A stretch of 63,836 bases of DNA, the filler included. It is 8 parts of 8 records of this genome, joined end to end, with 100 filler letters (N's around TTAATTAATTAA, not from the genome) between each part and the next. Parts side by side here need not be neighbours in the genome. Positions count along the whole stretch, not along the records: positions 15,074 to 25,648 come from SRR2962707_1329; positions 25,749 to 33,174 come from SRR2962707_1332; positions 33,275 to 41,724 come from SRR2962707_1333; 5 more parts are not named here. The stretch is one strand, 5' to 3'. A program made the translations under genes and the position numbers. This document shows positions 21,301 to 33,397 of this stretch, one piece after another (positions within the stretch are counted from its first letter, which is position 1; every line of letters starts with the position of its first letter). The notes under the pieces were generated by a model. It ran no database searches, was not told the DNA's origin, and saw nothing but the letters and a program-made list of their open reading frames with translations.

Positions 21301-24112
21301 TATTCCGCAGACCAATTTTGGGTCGCTTGTCTATCGGCGAGGTCGAAGGGCTACTAGTTTGTCCACTTCGACTGTTGCCCGTGCTGCAAATGCTCATGCG
21401 CCGTGGGTTTTGGCCAAGGAGCGACAGTGTCGCAACAAGCAGGCTCGCAGCCAGGCAGACAAAGACGACTATGACAAAGCTGACACGGAGCAACATGGCA
21501 CACAGCGTGAAGGAGCTGTCTCGTCAAGATTCTCTGCGGCAGCTGGTGCTCTTCTTGCTGCCCTTGGCCACAAACGGCTGCAAAACTTCAAACTCGATGA
21601 AGGGCCTTGCCACGCTATGCAGTGGCGCAATTCGTCACCAGGCCACGACAAGGTAGCAAGTGGAAGCGACAGTTGCGGTTGCCTTCAACTTGCTGGTTGG
21701 CACGTTCACGTTGGCTATGGACTTTCGTCTGAGCAAGTTCATGCACGATGTGCAGCTTTTGCGACTTGCATCCAAAATTTGGTGAACAGTGTGATTGTTG
21801 AACCTACCGCGGGTGCGATTCCGATTGTGGCTTCTCCAGCAACGAGTGATGTGACTCCTGCAGGAAGTGGTTCCATTCCTGTCGACAGGTCACCCACCCA
21901 ACGCGAAAACGTACCTCGCGTCCAGTCCGCCACAGGCACTGATGCCCAACATGCTGCGATATTGCGGCTTCAGAACGGCGGCGACCAAGATGGCGCGCGC
22001 GCTCTCGAGTCCGCTGGAACGCGGTTTCAAATCCTTCTCGACCACCATGATCAAATTTGGACTCATTTGGAGCAACTGGCGGATGTTCCTGCAATGGCTT
22101 GCGCAGCACAGGTGTCACTGGAGCGAACCCGCGTAACCTTTCTTGCAGCAGCAGCTTTAGGTCTCCTCAATGCACGCTTCTTGAGTCGCTCTGGAATCCG
22201 CAAGTGGATCAAAAATTTAAACCAGAACATGTTCGTTGCTTGCTTCAGAGGCTTTGTGTTGCACACACACATTTGTGAGCTGGGTGGGGCAGCGGCTGGC
22301 TTGCAGCCACATCGAGCGTCGAAGCCAGACGCAGGGCTTGTGTGGTGTCCAAGCGCAGCTTTATATGCACGAATGCCTGCCGGAACCCCTGACCAAGAAG
22401 AGACTATCCGAAAGTATGTTTTTTAGCACTCACGTTATATGCATGCAGAATGTCTATCTCGCGGCAAGTGTTGGGTTGGTAGCTGCGGTCGAGAACTCAC
22501 GTTGTGTGGGCCCTGGGCATTGCTATCTAGGTTCCTGTTTGGAAACAATTACAACAAAGTTCAAGTACGGCCAAAGCCGACTCTCTCCCGGACTGGATGG
22601 CCCGCATTGTCCTCGCACCGACCGGGCATTATGGCTCATCGCCGTAGCTCGATTATCCCGTCGACCCCGGTGGGTGGCCTTTCATCACCTGGATGGCGAC
22701 AAAGCGCGCAAGTCGTTGGTACCAGGGGAAAGCGAAAACTGCTCCCAGGAATTGGGAACACTTTCGAAAAATCGAACCGCGGCGACAAGCACAAACGTGG
22801 GCGTTTTTACGGTGGCGCGACTGCGCCTGCTGCCGCTGGCAGGCCGCAAATGCTCAGCTTGCCAGCTCCACTGCCGTTTTTTGACCCGCTACTCGTTGCC
22901 TTTACTCACAAAGTCGCCGTTGTTGGCAAAGACGGGCCGACTGGTGAGTGGGTGCCGTGCACGATCCTTCAAACTTACGAAAAGGCCTTGACGCAAGGAA
23001 CTCCAACAGATACTGCTGCCAAGAAGCGTGCTGAAGCAATGGAAGTTGCTGCCCAGCTGTCCGCTGCTTCACGCAATGCCGCATCAGGTACCACCGATGG
23101 CGGTTGTAAGCGGATGGACACCCCCGCAAAGTCTGGCGACGGGGGTGACGACAAACAAGAGCCAATGATCGTGGAAGACATTGTGCTTGTGAATGGGCAG
23201 CGTGTGTGCGGTGTCCCGGCCATTTACGTGCGCCCAGCCTGCTGCTTTGTCGAGATTCCGCCTTTTGTGGGGGTTGTTCCTCGTGAGGTCGGTGCTGCCG
23301 ACACACTGAAGCGCATTCCAGTGACCAGTGTCGCACCAAAAGGTTCGTCATGCACGGCAACACTTTTTTTTTCCGTGCGTGCGTGCGTGAGTACGTGCTT
23401 GTGAGCTTGCATGCATCGTGCGTATTTCAGGACGTGCATGCATGTCTGCGTGTATGTCTGGGGGAGTTTTGGTGTGTTCTGTGTTGCCTTGTGCAAGTAG
23501 CGTTGTTGTTCCCGCAACCTAATTTGTGTCCGGGATCTTGCGTTGCTCTGCCTGTTGTGACGACTTTTTCTAGTGGAGCCAAGTCAGGATGCAAAAAAGA
23601 GCACCAGTGGACAGATTGCTCATTCAAATGTTTGTGCCAGCCCACGCAAGCGGGGCACAGGCACTACGTCTGCGAGTGCTGGGCTGTCCAACGGAGATGG
23701 TAGCCCACGTCGTGGCATTCCGAGGGGCCGAGCGGCACGCCGCGCTGGTGCTCGCAAGAGCTTCTACAAGTGCCGACACTGTGGTCAACCGAAGAAAGGG
23801 CACGTGTGCACCATGAGCACCCCTCAACATCGGTCCCTGTCTCCACCGCAAGGCTTTACCCACCACATGCCTCAGCAAAAACTTCCAACGAACTCTACAA
23901 CAACGCAGACACTGGGTGCGGCAAGCCCCAGCGAGCGGGCTGGAGAGTCTCGCGGCGCCACGACGGGACATAAATCTTCCCAAGCCGTGAGCAGCCAGAC
24001 GGCGACGAGTGCCAGCGACGGCCAACCTGCTGCTCATGCGTCGTCAATGGCGAACTCTTCGGTGCGTTCCTCGCAGTCAGCTTACGGCCCTGGTGCGGCT
24101 GAAGGGCACTGA
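15339..24112 (+). CDS. Large multi-exon low-complexity nuclear protein with AP2-like domain(s) and a C2HC zinc knuckle
   Basis: Long same-strand ORFs joinable by short introns (17835-17943, ~18701-18879, ~20555-20692, ~23343-23573). AP2 signature RFSSPEQAARAYDRIVRALFGNIPQTNF near 21235-21320; YKCRHCGQPKKGHVC near 23765-23810; poly-Asp tracts. The junction around 22100-22560 is unresolved. Confidence 0.6.
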
Positions 24113-24262
24113 CATGTGAGCAGAGGAATCAAGTTACTATGGTTAATTAATAAATTGACTGATGATATCCATAAATTAATTTTTCAAATGATGCGTCATA
24201 CGGCAAGCGTCTTGAGAAGCCCCTGGCCCAAGAAACGAAGCGTGGCAGCCGAACGGACGGCT

Positions 24263-25606
24263 TCACCGCAGCGAACCGAAAGTCGACAGTGCAAGGGTGC
24301 GGAACTTTGGCAAAGAGGCTAAAGGAGTTGCTTCCGTTCGGGGGCCATAAATCTGGCAAGGGGAAACGCAAGGCAGGCGAAATAATTCACTGCAAAAATT
24401 CGCAAGTTTACCGAAAGCACAGCAATCTGGATCTGCCCTTGGTGTGTCTGGCGGACGACGCATTCTCGCCTTACTTACCTTTATTTGGCGGATGTGGGTG
24501 TCGCGCCCATTTTGGTGCATGCCATCGACAGAGACTTGCACCAGATGTGCTCGTAGAGGTTCGTGGTCTGGTGCGGCGTTTCAAGCATGGTTCAAGCATG
24601 GGCGCAGCCAGCAGCACACAGGAACGTGAGCGGGCAGACAGGACCAAGCTGACAATGGCAGCTTGCTAGTACATGCGCGCGAGCGGCAAGGTGCTTCAGG
24701 CATGGGTTCAGAAAGCTTGTTGTTGGTGGCGCTGCAGCTGCCTACAGCTGCAGTCGTTGGGCGACTTTTATAGAAACCGTCACGCACCTCTTGGATGTGG
24801 TGTGTAGCATGTTTGGTCCATTGATAACTCGAGCGGGACAGTGATCCAGCCACTGGGTTCTTCGAGCTCTAACACGCACACTTGCTCCTGATCATGGTAC
24901 GTATCTCCAGCGCGAATGGATATTTTCTAAGCGGGGGGGCGTTGCGAAAAAGGACAGCAATTCAGCGTGAGACGGGAGTGCAAAACAAAAACAAAAAGCA
25001 TTGCGCCGTCTGCCCGGTGTTCTGGCTGTTGCTGCATCGTCAAGAACCGGAACAGATGCCCCAGGCTCTACACATGGGGCCAACCGTGGCTGGAAGGAAA
25101 AACAGAACGCGCATGCAGCACAAACATAAAACACGCAAGACGATCCGGTTTGTTTTTTGGTTTTGTTCGAAGCGGACCTTGGGTGTGTAGCTCTCGTCCA
25201 GCTTGTGTTCCAAGTAGAAGGAGATGGCGCAGATGCTCTTCTTGCACAGAAACTGAATGTTCACCTCGTGCGGTTGAGTGCCGTCGGACTGCCAGAAGGT
25301 GTTGATGTCGTTGTCGCGCAGCTGGTCCACCCCGTTGCCAGACTTGGCACTGGACAGAGTCCACACGGCCTCGTTCCCGATTTCTCGCTTGGTGGAGTCG
25401 CTGTCAAAGTTGGCGAGCAAAAACTGCGGCGTGTCACCCTCCTCGCCACCAGCGTCAGCAGCACCAGCAGCACCAGCACTAGCAGACGCGGCCGCGGCAG
25501 CAGCAGCCTCTTCGCCCCCTCCTGCTACCCCTCCTACAGAGTCGTCGTGGTCGTCAACACCGCTGGCAGTGCTATCATCGACTCCTGGTGGCGACGTATC
25601 TGCCAT
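24263..25606 (-). CDS. APC10: Anaphase-promoting complex subunit 10 (DOC1), multi-exon
   Basis: REIGNEAVWTLSSAKSGNGVDQLRD, TFWQSDGTQPH, LDESYTPK|KISIRAG, LEEPSGWI, HQNGRDTHIRQIK|IYGP, C-terminal LR tail. Confidence 0.95.
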
Positions 25607-25648
25607 GCCGAACCAACAGAGTGGAGCTGCTGCTGCTGCTGCTGCTGC

Positions 25649-25748
25649 NNNNNNNNNNNNNNNNNNNNNNNNNNNNNNNNNNNNNNNNNNNNTTAATTAA
25701 TTAANNNNNNNNNNNNNNNNNNNNNNNNNNNNNNNNNNNNNNNNNNNN
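25649..25748. other. Artificial contig spacer
   Basis: N44-TTAATTAATTAA-N44. Confidence 0.98.
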
Positions 25749-25990
25749 TGCTTTCTTTCTTTCTTTCTTTCTTTCTTTGCGTCGTCGTTCTTGGTTGCTT
25801 TTTTGTCCCGTCAAAACAACCGTTTTTTTGTTTTTGGTTGTTTTATTTTTCGTTCCCCTCAAAAGTCGCCCCGGAAAGCAGAAAGCAAGAAGCTGAAAGG
25901 AAACGAAAAAAGAACGAAAAAGTCAGGCGGGCTTTGAAGAAGGAGTTCGCGCTTTGGTGGTGGTGGTGTTTCGATCATCGTTCGAGGGCG

Positions 25991-28900
25991 ATGGCGGACC
26001 CTCCTCGGCGCGAGCTCGGTGAAGTTGCTGCTGGGCGCGATCCACACGCTGGTGAAGGGGGAACAGTGGCAGCGGCAGTAGGGCGACACGAACGAAGAGG
26101 AGAGGAAGGGAGAGGAGGAGGGCAACGCGCTGCTGAGAGGTCGAGCCTTATGCTTTCGAGAACACTGCGCGTGCTCGACCGTGACGCGAACGCCCAGCCA
26201 CGCGGCGGCAACCGCGTCACCTCGACGCGGTTCACGTGGTGGAACTTTGTGTTCCTCTTCTTGTACGAGCAGTTCGACCCGCGCCACAAGTTCGCCAACT
26301 TCTACTTCCTGGTCATATGTGTGCTCCAAAGCCTCGACAGCATCTCCATCACAAACGGCTACCCAGTGTGCCTGAACGCGTTGGCGTTCGTGGTGCTTGT
26401 GCAGTTCGTGCTCACCCTCAAGGAGACTATTTCGCGCTGCAGCAACGATCGAAGTACGAACTCTCGACCCGTCAGTCTGTACGATACAGAGAGCAACGAG
26501 CTGAAACCCGGCACTTGGGGGGATGTCTTGGTGGGAGATATTGTGAAGGTCACACAGGGGTCATTCTTTCCGGCCGATCTAGTGCTCATTGCGACCTCAC
26601 CATCAGCTTCCGACGATGCAGTGGCTTCCTCGTTGGGAGGGTGCTGTTTCATAAACACGCAGAACCTCGACGGCGAAACAAACCATAAAATCCGAAAAAC
26701 GCCGCAGGTTCCGCTGAGTGTTGTTGCCGATACCGGCTATGGAGATGATCAGGATGGTGGTGCAGATCGATCTGATGAACACGCGAATGGCGTGGCTGAG
26801 GCGATGGAGGTGGCCATTCGAACGTGGGAAGATGCGGAGCTCCGATGCGAAGCGTACAACAGTCGCACGACTGAATTCACGGCCACTGCCCGGTTCTCGA
26901 CCACGTCCCAATCTGCCGCATCCGAAACCGTGCCTTTGTCAATCGAAAATCTATTGCTGCGTGGCTGTGTGCTCGTCGACGCTGAATGGGTGCTTGGCAT
27001 TGCTGTGGCCGTCGGAGGAACTGCCAAGTGCAACTTTCGGGAAGAAGATGGGGACGCTTCTGCGAAAAGCTGTTGCCCACAAGTTGGAGGCCGAAAGGGA
27101 AAAGATTCAATGAAAGTGGTCAGTGTAGGCGCCGTGCGCCGTTTGCCCAAGCGGCTTTCTCAAGCAACCCGCAATGCGAAAAAAACAACAAAATCAGCGC
27201 CATGTTGCATTGTAATGTTTGGCTATAGGCATCGGTGCATGCTTTCATCAACCGGCAAATTGCGTGGTTCATTGTGATGCTTGTTGGAATGTGCGTGTGG
27301 GGGACCATCGGCTGGTACATGGATTTGGTTGTGGCTTCCGAAAACGGCAGCGTATTTTGGTACCTTGGTGATTCCGTCGACAATTCCATGAGCTTTGACG
27401 TAGTAAATGGCACTGCTGCTCAACTCCCAAGTTGGCTTGAAGCTGTCAAGCAGTTCTTCCGGTTTTTCTTGCTGAATTACCAGCTTATCCCTGTGTCATT
27501 GTGAGTTCTTCTGTCAAAGCGTTGCTTTTGATCTCGCATTTGGGCTGTTTTTTTTATGAAATCTGGAATTCTGTATTCAGCGCACTCACATTACGTGCGT
27601 GCGATGATTGCACAATCAGATACGTGTCGCTGAACCTTATAAGCTTATGGCAGCAGTTCTTTATGGTGCGAGATGCGCAGATGTATTCCGCAGCTGATGG
27701 TGGCCAGCGCTGCCGCGTGTCTACCATGGAGCTCAATGACGAGCTTGGGCTTGTGACTCACCTGCTTACCGATAAAACTGGAACCTTGACGCAAAATTCA
27801 ATGCGACTTTGTGGTCTCTACGCTTACGGGCGCGCATATGGAAGCTTTGGGAACGCAAATGAAGCATCGCCCGGCCACCTCCAAACGAAGTTTTTGAATT
27901 TCGTGGATGGAGCTCGCTATTCCTTGAGTAACGATTTGGGTGCAAACTGTCAGCCACACTCGAGAGTTGCGCTCGCGGTGACGACCGACGCTGCACCAGT
28001 GCACGTTGCACGAAGCACCGCACTGACCCTGCTGGGTATTAATATGGCTGTCAATCATAGCCTTCAACTCCAACACAACAAATTCCGTTGCAGCGACGTT
28101 GATGGAGGCGCAGGTGATACTCCTGTTCACCAAGAAATTGATGCTCTTGAGCATACCTTGGTGGGGGTGTCACAAGATGAAAAGGTCAGTTTGTTCTACT
28201 ATCGTGCGCAGCAAACGAATTTGCGAAACATATCGTTCATTTGAAAACAAATTTGTGTGTTGCGTTGGTAGGCGTTTGTGGTTGCCGCGACTGCAACTTT
28301 GGGCGTCCGCTTTGTAAGCCGCGATGCAGCTTCCAATACCATCACACTTATCGTGCAGAATTGTCCAAGTTCATCAGGCGAGGATGTGCAGTCCGGTGTC
28401 GAAGGTCGAAAAATTACCCTCCGCGTAATCGAAACATTTGATTACACGACTGCTCGCAAGAGAATGGGGTCTGTCCAGCTAGATTGTTGCTTTGCTTGAA
28501 TGGCACTGTGCTTGCTGGGAGTTGCGAGGGAGCTTGAGTTTGAAATGTGTGTTGATGTAATTCTTCCACTTGTGTGCGTTCCTGTAGCTGCATCGTGGAA
28601 GATACCGAAGGGGAGAGTGGTGAGTTGGCCAAGCTGACGGGAGGGGCCAGTCACATGGTGTTTGTCAAAGGTGCTGACACGGCACTGAAAGACCTTTTAC
28701 AACCGCAGTCGCCTGCAACACCAGCGAGTGAGGAGTTTCCGAACACGGATATGAAATTGCGAGACTTGGAAGCACAGCTCAAAGTTTGTCACTGTGACGA
28801 GCTAGTTTTCGCGCTTCCGCCTTTTGTTGAGAGTGTATGATCGTGATTTCTTCGTCGCTGATTGCTGTGGGTGTCGTTCAGGCGTGGGGTCGTCGTTGCT

Positions 28901-31900
28901 TTCGGTCCCTTGTATTCGCTTTCAAGCCATTAGGTCTGTGCAGTTGCATCCGGCATTGTGGCGGGCGGCGCTGGTGATTGCCCTCGTTGACGTTTGTTTG
29001 TTCATTTGTTGCCTTTGTCGACGTGTAGCCGCCAGCAGCATTGGATCTTGGATGGAAAGGTATCGTCTTGCCCTCACAGACGACATTGCGCTTGCAGCTC
29101 GTGCTGCGGGCGATTCGCACAATCCAATTTCAGAATTGATTGCTGAAATGGAGGTATGGTCAATCATGTTGGTACTCTTGGTTGCCGCTTGCTGTAGATA
29201 GGTCTGCTTACCTGTCTCTTCTGTCCTTGTAGTCTGGATTATTTCTGCAAGGCGCAACCGCGTGCGAAGACGAGCTTCAGGAGAATGTACCTGCCACCAT
29301 CGCAACCTTGAGGAGAGCAGGGATACGCGTCTGGATGCTCACCGGTGACCGTGTCGATACAGCATGCAACATTGCAAGATCTTGTGGCCTGTTGGCACAG
29401 CAAGTCACAGGTCGATCTCCTTCGAGCGGTTTGCGTCGCAACGCAGAAGAGAATGAGCCAACTTCAAATGAAGAAACCCGCTTCAGCCCGTCTTCGGGAC
29501 CAACGAGTGAACAAAAGCACAGTGGTGACGTCGACACCGCCAACCAACCACACCTGCAGCCAAGCGTCGCGTGCGGTGGAGAGCATGCACAACTTCTTCA
29601 ACGCCACGCAACAAACGTCGAGAATTCTGGCTCTGACATTGTATTTTTGACCAGCGATGAGGCAGAAAAAAATGTAGCTCTTGACGAAGATGTCCAAGAA
29701 AGATCGATTTACGTCAGGCCGCTTCGTGAGGTATCCTCGGTGGAACTTGTGGATGCTGGTGTAGCGTATGACGAAGCTGTTGCTGCATCAACAACCGCAT
29801 CGCGGAAAAGTATCGACATCCTGCTGTCTGACGACACCCGAGCGACATGCCGTAATTGTGCTGCCTTGTCTTCGTTGCGTGAAACGTTGCATTTAGTCGC
29901 GGAGTCGTCACAGGTAAGACGTTCGCAGCAAAGGGTTAGTGTGTGTTGTGACTAAAGTTCGTGGGTGTGTTTCTCACGTTATGACAATATGCGTTGCTTA
30001 CCAAGAGTCAAAATCCGGTGCGGCGCCAATCGAAGGCGCTTGTCATTGACGAAAAATCTGCCGACTATATTTTGGCGAGCAAAACACTGCGCACCACTTT
30101 TTTGAAGGCCGCGGAGAGGTGTGAAACGGTGTTGGTAAGTTTCTTCGTGCAATGCGATGCCCGATGTGTGCCGACGTGGCTTTTCGATGCTGGGTGTGAA
30201 CGCTTACTTAATTTGTGGCTGGGTGGCTGGTGTAAAGGCATGCCGTATTCGAAAAGAGCAGAAGGCGCAATTGGTGCTTGCACTGAGGGAATACCGCTCA
30301 TCAAACCGGCGACGCCAAAAATGTGGTCGACGTTGGTTCGGTGGTTGTATTTGCTGCGATCGTGTTGACCATGCAGTGACGAGAATCCAGGTACTTTTTG
30401 TGGGCAAATGGTCTTACAAAATTGCCGCAGCTCGTTCGTTTCCTAATTGCCTGCGCTTTCGACCCATGCCAGGAAAGTCATGTGTCCGCCATCTGCTCCA
30501 TTGGTGATGGCGCAAATGATGTGGCAATGATTCGGGCTGCGGATGTCGGTGTGGGGGTGGTGGGGAAGGAAGGCCGCGAAGCTGCCAACACCGCCGATTT
30601 TGGAATTGCACGTTTCCATTTTCTTCAACAGCTGCTTCTCGTTCACGGACGCTACAATGCCTATCGCACTGCCAAGGTTGGCAGCATCGCTTGCTCTGCG
30701 GTGATTGAGTTTTCTGCGCTCCACAAGTGCACTTTTTTTTGCTCACCGATTTCACGTGTTCTGCAGGTCGTGCCGTTCATATTTTACAAAAACCTGGCCA
30801 ACGTTCTCACCCAATTTTTGTTCCAGTTCTGGACGCGCTGGTCCGGTAAGTCGATGTTTCCGGTCGGTTCTTTGTGCAAGCAGCCGTCCTCGAGTCGCGT
30901 GTGATGAACGTGCTGTGAGTTGTTGTCTGCTATGTTGGGGTCGGCAGGCCAAGTTCTCTGGCCCGTCGCTGGCACTTCATGGTACAACACTATTTTCACT
31001 GCGTTTGCAATTCTCTACCTTGGCATTCTGGACCGCGATGTCCCGCGTGCATACGCTGTCAGACACCCTGAGTTGTACGTTCGGCATTTCATCTCCAATT
31101 GTCCCCAGCGCACTGTCGAGCCTCCAAATACCCCTTGCTGATTGCTACTTTTGCGTCGTCGTTGAACGCGACACAGGTATCGCCGTGGCCCCGGGAATCG
31201 CTTTCTCAGCTGCGGAGTGTTTTGGGCATGGCAAGCTGATGCTTTGTGGGCTACGGCTCTACTGCTTGGCATTCCTGTGCTCGTTTTGGAGCCAGCCATG
31301 GGTACGAGTGCCTTTTCTGTATTGAGAGTACGGCATTACCACTTTTGCCCGACAGGAACCGTAGTTGTGCTTCGCCCTTTCAGATTGTCCCTTTCAGATT
31401 GTCCTTGGCGGTGGCGCGTCTTGACAACTGACGCAAATTTGCTGGTTGCATGCCAAAGGTCATTCTATCCGACTGTGGGACTTTTCAGTATTTGTTTTCA
31501 CAATGTTAATCGCGTTAGTTCAGCTGAAGGTTCGACATGCCAGCGACGTTGGGACTTGTGCACTTGTTGTGTTCAGCTATGGCCTCAGTTCAAGTTGAGC
31601 CCCCCCCGCGCCTGATTTACATGCTTTGTCCATTTTTCGTGCTCCTTTTGTTTAGGTCTCATTGGAAGTTACGCGTTTCAACTTTTTATTTGACATTGTG
31701 TGGTGGCTCCTTGGTGAGTGCCCGCGGATGCCTGAGTGATGCTTGTGTTGATGGGCTTTGAAGAGCTATGTCTCCAGGGCTGCTGCGGATTGTGACGGTG
31801 TTGTGCTGCGCAAAAACATTCTTGCCCAGGGCTTCCTCTTTGGGTCGCCTACGCAACCTACTTGAGCTACCATCCCACTCAGGATACCCCTATCGTGAAC

Positions 31901-32322
31901 GCCATTCCAAATTTGGCAAGCAGTCGCGTAGCGTGGCTTGCAGTGCTCCTCATTCTAGTGCTGTATACGACTCGAGCTGCGGGATGGAAGGTATGAGCGG
32001 CACACTACGTCTTGCGCCATCGGATTCTTTTTTTGTCGCGTCGTTGACTTTGTGGAGTCTTGTGGTTTCGACGCAGACTTTACGACGCGAATTCTGCCCG
32101 TCTTTGTACCATCGTGTGCAAGAACAAGCTGCGATAGACCGGCGTCAGGTGGGTGAAACGCACACGCATTGGCGTGTGATGGGGCGTGAGGTTATTCTAG
32201 TCGCGATTTTCTTCGTGAATTGCACCGCCCTACTTCATGCGTGATTTCATACTAAGTTTGATTGTATTTTCGGTTAGGAAAATAAGCTGAAGGAGACGAG
32301 CGGCAACGAGTCGAGGACGTAG
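25991..32322 (+). CDS. P4-type ATPase (phospholipid flippase), multi-exon
   Basis: EQF..FANFYFL, NLDGETN (P4 A-domain), [16 protein letters not shown] (phosphorylation site), [40 protein letters not shown]. Confidence 0.93.
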
Positions 32323-32603
32323 GATATTTATCAGCGAATACCACCAATCACACTAACCAATAAGATATTCGAAAAATCGATGCGTGTCCTGCTGTTGTGA
32401 CGTACTGGCCATTGCCCACACCTTCCGATCTTCTGCCCCACCAGATCCTCACGCACGCACGCACGGCACACACAAACCCTCACGGTTGGCTAGCACAAAC
32501 CGATGGCTTCACGAAGAAAGCAACCAGCGCATGGCAAATATTCGAACCACGCCATTAAAACCACCACAGTTTAGTTGTTACGGTGCGTTCCTCAAAACAA
32601 TAC

Positions 32604-32980
32604 TTAGTACTTCTTGAAGCCGATGACGGTGGCCTTCTCGCGGAAGCAGCGACGGCACATGTCGAGGCGGTACTTGCGGATGAGACCCTGGCGAGCTCCG
32701 CACATGCGGCTGCAAGAAATCGCACGTCCAATTTGACACATACAAACACAGCACCATCCAGGAGTAAGAACACGCTCACGACACCCAGAAGAAAAAGTGC
32801 AGTAACCACACAGAAGAAAACAAAGCCCAAGCCAGCAAGCCAACAAACACGGGTTCAAACAAAAAAATACGCGCAGGTTTCGGACAATCAAACCAAACCC
32901 ATGACAAAAAATACGCACCACTGGCGGGAACCCTTGCCGTAGGTCTGGTTCTTCTTCTTGAGGTTGTAGATGTTTCCCAT
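32604..32980 (-). CDS. RPS29: 40S ribosomal protein S29 (uS14), two exons
   Basis: Exons 32980-32919 and 32709-32604 give [59 protein letters not shown] intron 32918-32710. Confidence 0.95.
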
Positions 32981-33124
32981 GGTGAGGAGTTCTGAGCGAA
33001 AGAAGTTGAAAAAGAAGGAGCAAAAACAAACGAAATGTGGTGGTTGTCGCCGGAACAAAGCCACCCGCCGCACCACACCACGCACAAAACCACCCACAAG
33101 CCAGCAAAAAAAACACAGCAGGAA

Positions 33125-33312
33125 CGAGAGAGAGAGAGAAGAAAACACACACACACACGCACGCACGCACACGCNNNNNNNNNNNNNNNNNNNNNNNNNN
33201 NNNNNNNNNNNNNNNNNNTTAATTAATTAANNNNNNNNNNNNNNNNNNNNNNNNNNNNNNNNNNNNNNNNNNNNACACACACACACGCACGCACGCACGC
33301 ACGTACGCACAC
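33125..33312. repeat. (GA)n, (CA)n and (GCAC)n microsatellites at both contig ends
   Basis: Directly visible on either side of the spacer; similar tracts occur at most eukaryotic contig ends and in introns. Confidence 0.9.
33175..33274. other. Artificial contig spacer
   Basis: N44-TTAATTAATTAA-N44. Confidence 0.98.
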
Positions 33313-33397
33313 AAATATAGAGTAAATCGACCAACAACTACAAAATAAGCACGGAGACCCAAGAGGCCGTGCCTGTTTCATCAAAACATGAACTCAC

